Position numbers and translations under genes: made by a program. Shown here piece by piece: positions 61,090 through 64,000 of a stretch of 64,000 nt of DNA. Under the pieces are notes generated by a model. That model did not search any database and was not told where the DNA came from. It saw only the letters and a program-made list of their open reading frames with translations. Each line of letters begins with the position of its first letter. Position 1 is the first letter of the stretch. The stretch is taken from NCBI GenBank assembly GCA_049520215.1, contig JBEKPZ010000013.1, forward strand, positions 3,334 through 67,333, in the 5' to 3' direction. This DNA is from Bryobacteraceae bacterium (GTDB taxonomy: Bacteria > Acidobacteriota > Terriglobia > Bryobacterales > Bryobacteraceae).

Positions 61090-62213
61090 CCGGAGACACT
61101 CCCGGAGTTGTTCGTGGCAGCGAGGATGATGGAACTTGGACGGTACTCCGGAACCATGGCGCATATGGTTCCCACCAGTCCCATCACATCGCGGCTAGTG
61201 ATGTGCCAGGCGAATTGTTCCATCCTCTTGTACAGTTCATTCGGGTCGGGACTCGGCGTCCTTATGACTTGCAACGGGCCGGCAGCGGACCCTTCGCGGA
61301 TTTCCGTCTGGAACAGCAAGGCTTCTTCGATTTTCTCTCCCGGCCGCAGACCGATAAACCGGATTTCGATTTCCTTTCCGGAACCATTCGCGATTGCTCC
61401 GATCAGGAAGCATGCCAGATCGGCGATTCGCTCGGGCTCCCCAAGCTCCGGCAGCAGGATTCTCCCGGCGCACTCCGCGGCGCCGCCGGCAAGGATCGCC
61501 TCGACCGCATCATGCCGGGACATGAAATACCGGCGCGCGTCCGGATGGGTGACGGTAACTGGTCCGCGCCTTGAGATCTGCTCCCGAAAAATCGGGACTA
61601 CGCTGCCGCTCGATCCGATGACGTTGCCGAGCCGGACAACATTCATCCTGCATTGCGGGCTGCTGAGCGTGGCCATGGTCAATTCCGCAAGCCGCTTGGA
61701 TGCGCCCATGATGCTGTGCGGGTTCACCGCCTTGTCCGTGGATACCAAAACCAATGACGCGGCGCCGTGCTGGACCGCCGCCCGCGCCAGCGCGTATGTG
61801 CCCAGCGTATTTTCGCGAACTGCAGCCAGCGGGTTATGTTCCAGGAGGGAAACATGCTTTAAGGCCGCCGCATGATACACCATGCCCGGGCGATAGCGGG
61901 CGAACACGCTGTTCAGCAATTCGGTATCCGTCACGCTTCCCAGGACGGCTTCGTGAGGGACCTGTACATGCTTCGCCTCAAGGCGCTGCTGGACTTGAAA
62001 CAGGTTGTGCTCGGAGGCGTCGAGCAGGACAATTTTAGCGGGACCGGAGGCGGCGATCGCGTCGACCAGGGCCGACCCGATATAGCCGCCCGCTCCGGTT
62101 ACCAGAACCGGTTGGCCTGCGGCCGCAAAGCCGAACTGCGATCCCTCATACTGTTCGCCCGCGCGTGAAAGAAACCGATTGTATCGAGGTGCTCCACGAT
62201 TGAACTTAGTCAC
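61086..62213 (-). CDS. CapD/PglF-like polysaccharide biosynthesis protein (UDP-sugar 4,6-dehydratase)
   Basis: VLVTGAGGYIGSAL, VYHAAALKHVSLLEHNP and LVSTDKAVNPHSIMGASKRLAE (SDR extended family, YxxxK replaced by the MxxxK type seen in PseB/PglF). Confidence 0.88.
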   Translation of the reverse strand: MTKFNRGAPRYNRFLSRAGEQYEGSQFGFAAAGQPVLVTGAGGYIGSALVDAIAASGPAKIVLLDASEHNLFQVQQRLEAKHVQVPHEAVLGSVTDTELLNSVFARYRPGMVYHAAALKHVSLLEHNPLAAVRENTLGTYALARAAVQHGAASLVLVSTDKAVNPHSIMGASKRLAELTMATLSSPQCRMNVVRLGNVIGSSGSVVPIFREQISRRGPVTVTHPDARRYFMSRHDAVEAILAGGAAECAGRILLPELGEPERIADLACFLIGAIANGSGKEIEIRFIGLRPGEKIEEALLFQTEIREGSAAGPLQVIRTPSPDPNELYKRMEQFAWHITSRDVMGLVGTICAMVPEYRPSSIILAATNNSGSVSG

Positions 62214-62446
62214 GATCTGCCTGCAATTGACAAGTATGACGCAAACGCCGGGTCCAGGCTATCGAGGCTTGCGAATCCGCACTAGCGCAGCGCACGGATC
62301 GTTCTAACCCAAAGCCAAGTACCGCCGGAATCCTCACCGCGAACCGGATAATATCGCGCAAGCAGATCCCGATTCAAAACAACTCGCCAGGCTTAAGAAA
62401 GGGGTGGACGGCTGGAATCGATGAAGAGAGGCCAAGCCGCTGATAA

Positions 62447-62535
62447 GTACTTGCGCTCAGCGGGGCGAACCTCGTCGGTGTGAACTTCAATTGGGCGAAC
62501 CTCGGCGGAGCGGACATCACCGGAGCAATCTTCGG
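62447..62535 (+). pseudogene. Pentapeptide-repeat protein fragment
   Basis: The frame reads LALSGANLVGVNFNWANLGGADITGAIFGQ, five consecutive A(D/N)LxX units. It is preceded by in-frame stops and has no full gene context. Confidence 0.4.
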
Positions 62536-62539
62536 GCAA

Positions 62540-62718
62540 ACGATCGGCACGTCGTCGCCGAACACTACCAGGAGATCGCATAGCTACTTACCGTCTCCTT
62601 TACCGCTCGACCTCTGGTCCCGAAAGTGTTGGGGTAGCTCAAACAGCGATAAGAACGAGCGGTCACACAAGCGTTGTAGGTATCGCTCAGCCGGAGTGAC
62701 GCCGTTGGCGCGCAGCAA
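62540..62718 (-). pseudogene. N-terminal fragment of a conserved hypothetical gene with an in-frame TAG
   Basis: The TTG-start frame reads LRANGVTPAERYLQRLCDRSFLSLFELPQHFRDQRSSGKGDGK*LCDLLVVFGDDVPIV, with TAG at 62584-62586 where related proteins, as I recall them, have Glu (GKELCDLLVVF). Similarity ends at the pentapeptide fragment. Confidence 0.3.
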
Positions 62719-62806
62719 CGCGGAAGGATGCCTCCACTTGCCCGCCTAACGCGCTACCCCGTAGATGTCCCTTGAAGCGCGAAATGGCCCCGACTGTATC
62801 GTGAAG

Positions 62807-63115
62807 CTATGCAAACGTGAGGCGTTGCTGGGCTGGAGGCGCAGGCGGCCTCTCCTCCAGCTCCCGCCGTTGATTCCTTAGCATGGCGACGACCAGTTGC
62901 CAGGTTGGGCCGGGCGTGTCGCGCCACGGTGCCGGAACGGCGATCATGTAGTATCGCCGCGTGTCCGGATCGAAGCTGAAAAACCCGGCCTGCCGCCGGA
63001 CGAGCCGCTTCCACTCGTCCGCCGTGGCGACCCGGCTTACACCAGCCCGCACTCCGCCGGGATCTCGACGATGTCCACGAGTCCGGGAGCTTGAGCGCTG
63101 CTTCAGTTCCGCCAA
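62807..63115 (-). CDS. Hypothetical protein, start uncertain
   Basis: Only the 3-prime third of the 211-aa ORF avoids the Cys/Met PLP gene on the other strand. ...ATADEWKRLVRRQAGFFSFDPDTRRYYMIAVPAPWRDTPGPTWQLVVAMLRNQRRELEE looks protein-like. A TTG at 63115 is the only plausible start. Confidence 0.25.
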   Translation of the reverse strand: MAELKQRSSSRTRGHRRDPGGVRAGVSRVATADEWKRLVRRQAGFFSFDPDTRRYYMIAVPAPWRDTPGPTWQLVVAMLRNQRRELEERPPAPPAQQRLTFA

Positions 63116-63169
63116 GAAGTCCGACCGGGGAACGAACCCTACCCGCCGAGGTTGGTTAGAGTAGGCAGT

Positions 63170-64000
63170 ATGCACATCGAGACTTTGGCCGTACACGCAG
63201 GACGCCGCACAGATCCGGCTACGGGCGCGCTCGTGCCGCCCATCTCGCTCTCCACGACCTTCGAAAGGGCGCAGGACGGCGAATACCCGCTCGGATTCAG
63301 TTATTCTCGGGAGGACAATCCAAATCGCCGGGGCCTGGAAGTGTGCCTCGCGGCACTGGAAGGCGGCACGGAGGCGCTGGCATTTCCATCCGGTATGGCC
63401 GCGGTAAACGCCATCGTTCAAGGCCTGGAACCGGGCGACCACATCATCGCTCCCGACGATGTCTACTACGGTGTGAGGAAGTTGATCGGTGAGGTGTACG
63501 GCAAGTGGCGGCTGGAAGTGACTTATATAGATATGACCGATCTGGACGCCGTCAACGCCGCTGTTCGTCCGAACACGCGCCTGGTTTGGGTGGAGACGCC
63601 ATCGAACCCGTTGCTCAAGATCGCAGACCTACCGGCGATTGCCACCATCGCGCACCGCGCCAACGCCATCAGCGTGTGCGACGGAACTTTCGCGACGCCA
63701 GCCCTCCAGCGGCCCCTGGAGTGGGGAATCGACATGGTTGTCCACTCGACGACAAAATATATCGGAGGGCACAGCGATGCGGTGGGCGGAGTGTTGATCA
63801 CCAAATTCCAGAACTATCTGTTTGAGCGGGCTCGCAAGTCGCAGAAGTTCGGCGGTGCCGTACCTTCGCCTTTCGATTGCTGGTTGATTCTGCGAGGAGT
63901 GGAGACCTTACCGTGTCGTGTGCGAGCACAGACAGAGAGCGCCGGCCGGATTGCTGCATTCCTGAACTCGCACGAGGCAGTAGAGGCGGTCTACTACCCG
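63170..64000 (+). CDS. Cys/Met metabolism PLP-dependent enzyme (cystathionine gamma-synthase/beta- or gamma-lyase family), 3-prime partial
   Basis: Not in the ORF track because it runs off the window. MHIETLAVHAGRRTDPATGALVPPISLSTTF..., VWVETPSNPLLKIADL and VVHSTTKYIGGHSD (PLP lysine) are textbook motifs. Confidence 0.88.
   Translation, partial: MHIETLAVHAGRRTDPATGALVPPISLSTTFERAQDGEYPLGFSYSREDNPNRRGLEVCLAALEGGTEALAFPSGMAAVNAIVQGLEPGDHIIAPDDVYYGVRKLIGEVYGKWRLEVTYIDMTDLDAVNAAVRPNTRLVWVETPSNPLLKIADLPAIATIAHRANAISVCDGTFATPALQRPLEWGIDMVVHSTTKYIGGHSDAVGGVLITKFQNYLFERARKSQKFGGAVPSPFDCWLILRGVETLPCRVRAQTESAGRIAAFLNSHEAVEAVYYP

Noticed and set aside
58760-61875. Plus-strand ORFs 58760..60034 (424 aa) and 60967..61875 (302 aa) opposite the sugar operon
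   Set aside because: They are antisense to genes with textbook DegT, NeuC and CapD motifs, and have no motifs of their own.
1-64000. tRNA, rRNA, tmRNA or riboswitch candidates, including upstream of the MetE-like gene and the folE operon
   Set aside because: I found no T-loop (GGTTCGAATCC-like) or acceptor-stem pattern. The intergenic regions are either very short or occupied by the repeat elements. I cannot exclude small RNAs without a covariance-model scan.

Overview
High-GC bacterial chromosomal window. It is probably an Acidobacteriota genome of the Bryobacter/Solibacter type. That placement is an inference from an ADOP-type duplicated MacB/FtsX permease, two secreted proteins ending in the Solibacter-type C-terminal domain, GloVer repeats and two CRTAC1 (FG-GAP plus ASPIC/UnbV) proteins. 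I support about 55 coding regions. Housekeeping and metabolic genes: aldo/keto reductase, folE with two QueD/PTPS paralogs, a TlpA-like redoxin, a GlcD-like FAD oxidase, an NCS1 permease, a MetE-like methyltransferase and a partial Cys/Met PLP enzyme at the right edge. Large exoproteins: a lipase-IPT-BACON protein, a tricorn-like protease, a BNR/Asp-box protein, an FGE-domain protein and two CRTAC1 proteins. Also present: an ABC ATPase with a large permease, a TMEM175-like channel, a sugar-nucleotide operon (CapD/PglF-like, NeuC-like, DegT-like) and a MazF/PemK toxin-antitoxin pair. I saw no rRNA, tRNA or CRISPR. Three things stand out structurally. (1) A dispersed family of modular multi-hairpin intergenic elements bracketed by TGTGGGGCGG...CCGCCCCACA termini. 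(2) Two long near-perfect inverted-repeat pairs: 137 bp enclosing about 14 kb, and 113 bp enclosing a 2.6-kb halogenase-like/MetE-like cassette. (3) Four gene graveyards holding fragments of an AKR paralog, higBA, a multicopy MKQFIAKFE gene, a P4-type primase, a sensor propeller, an SCO protein, a GloVer protein and a pentapeptide protein. The candidate uncharacterised systems are a four-gene FixG/FixH-like membrane redox cluster next to an orphan LuxR-type response regulator, a CRTAC1/RnfD-like/methyltransferase operon preceded by a 50-aa NQ-heptad microprotein, and the IR-bounded halogenase cassette. All identities and alignments were judged by eye. Family names come from memory of motifs, and no search was run.
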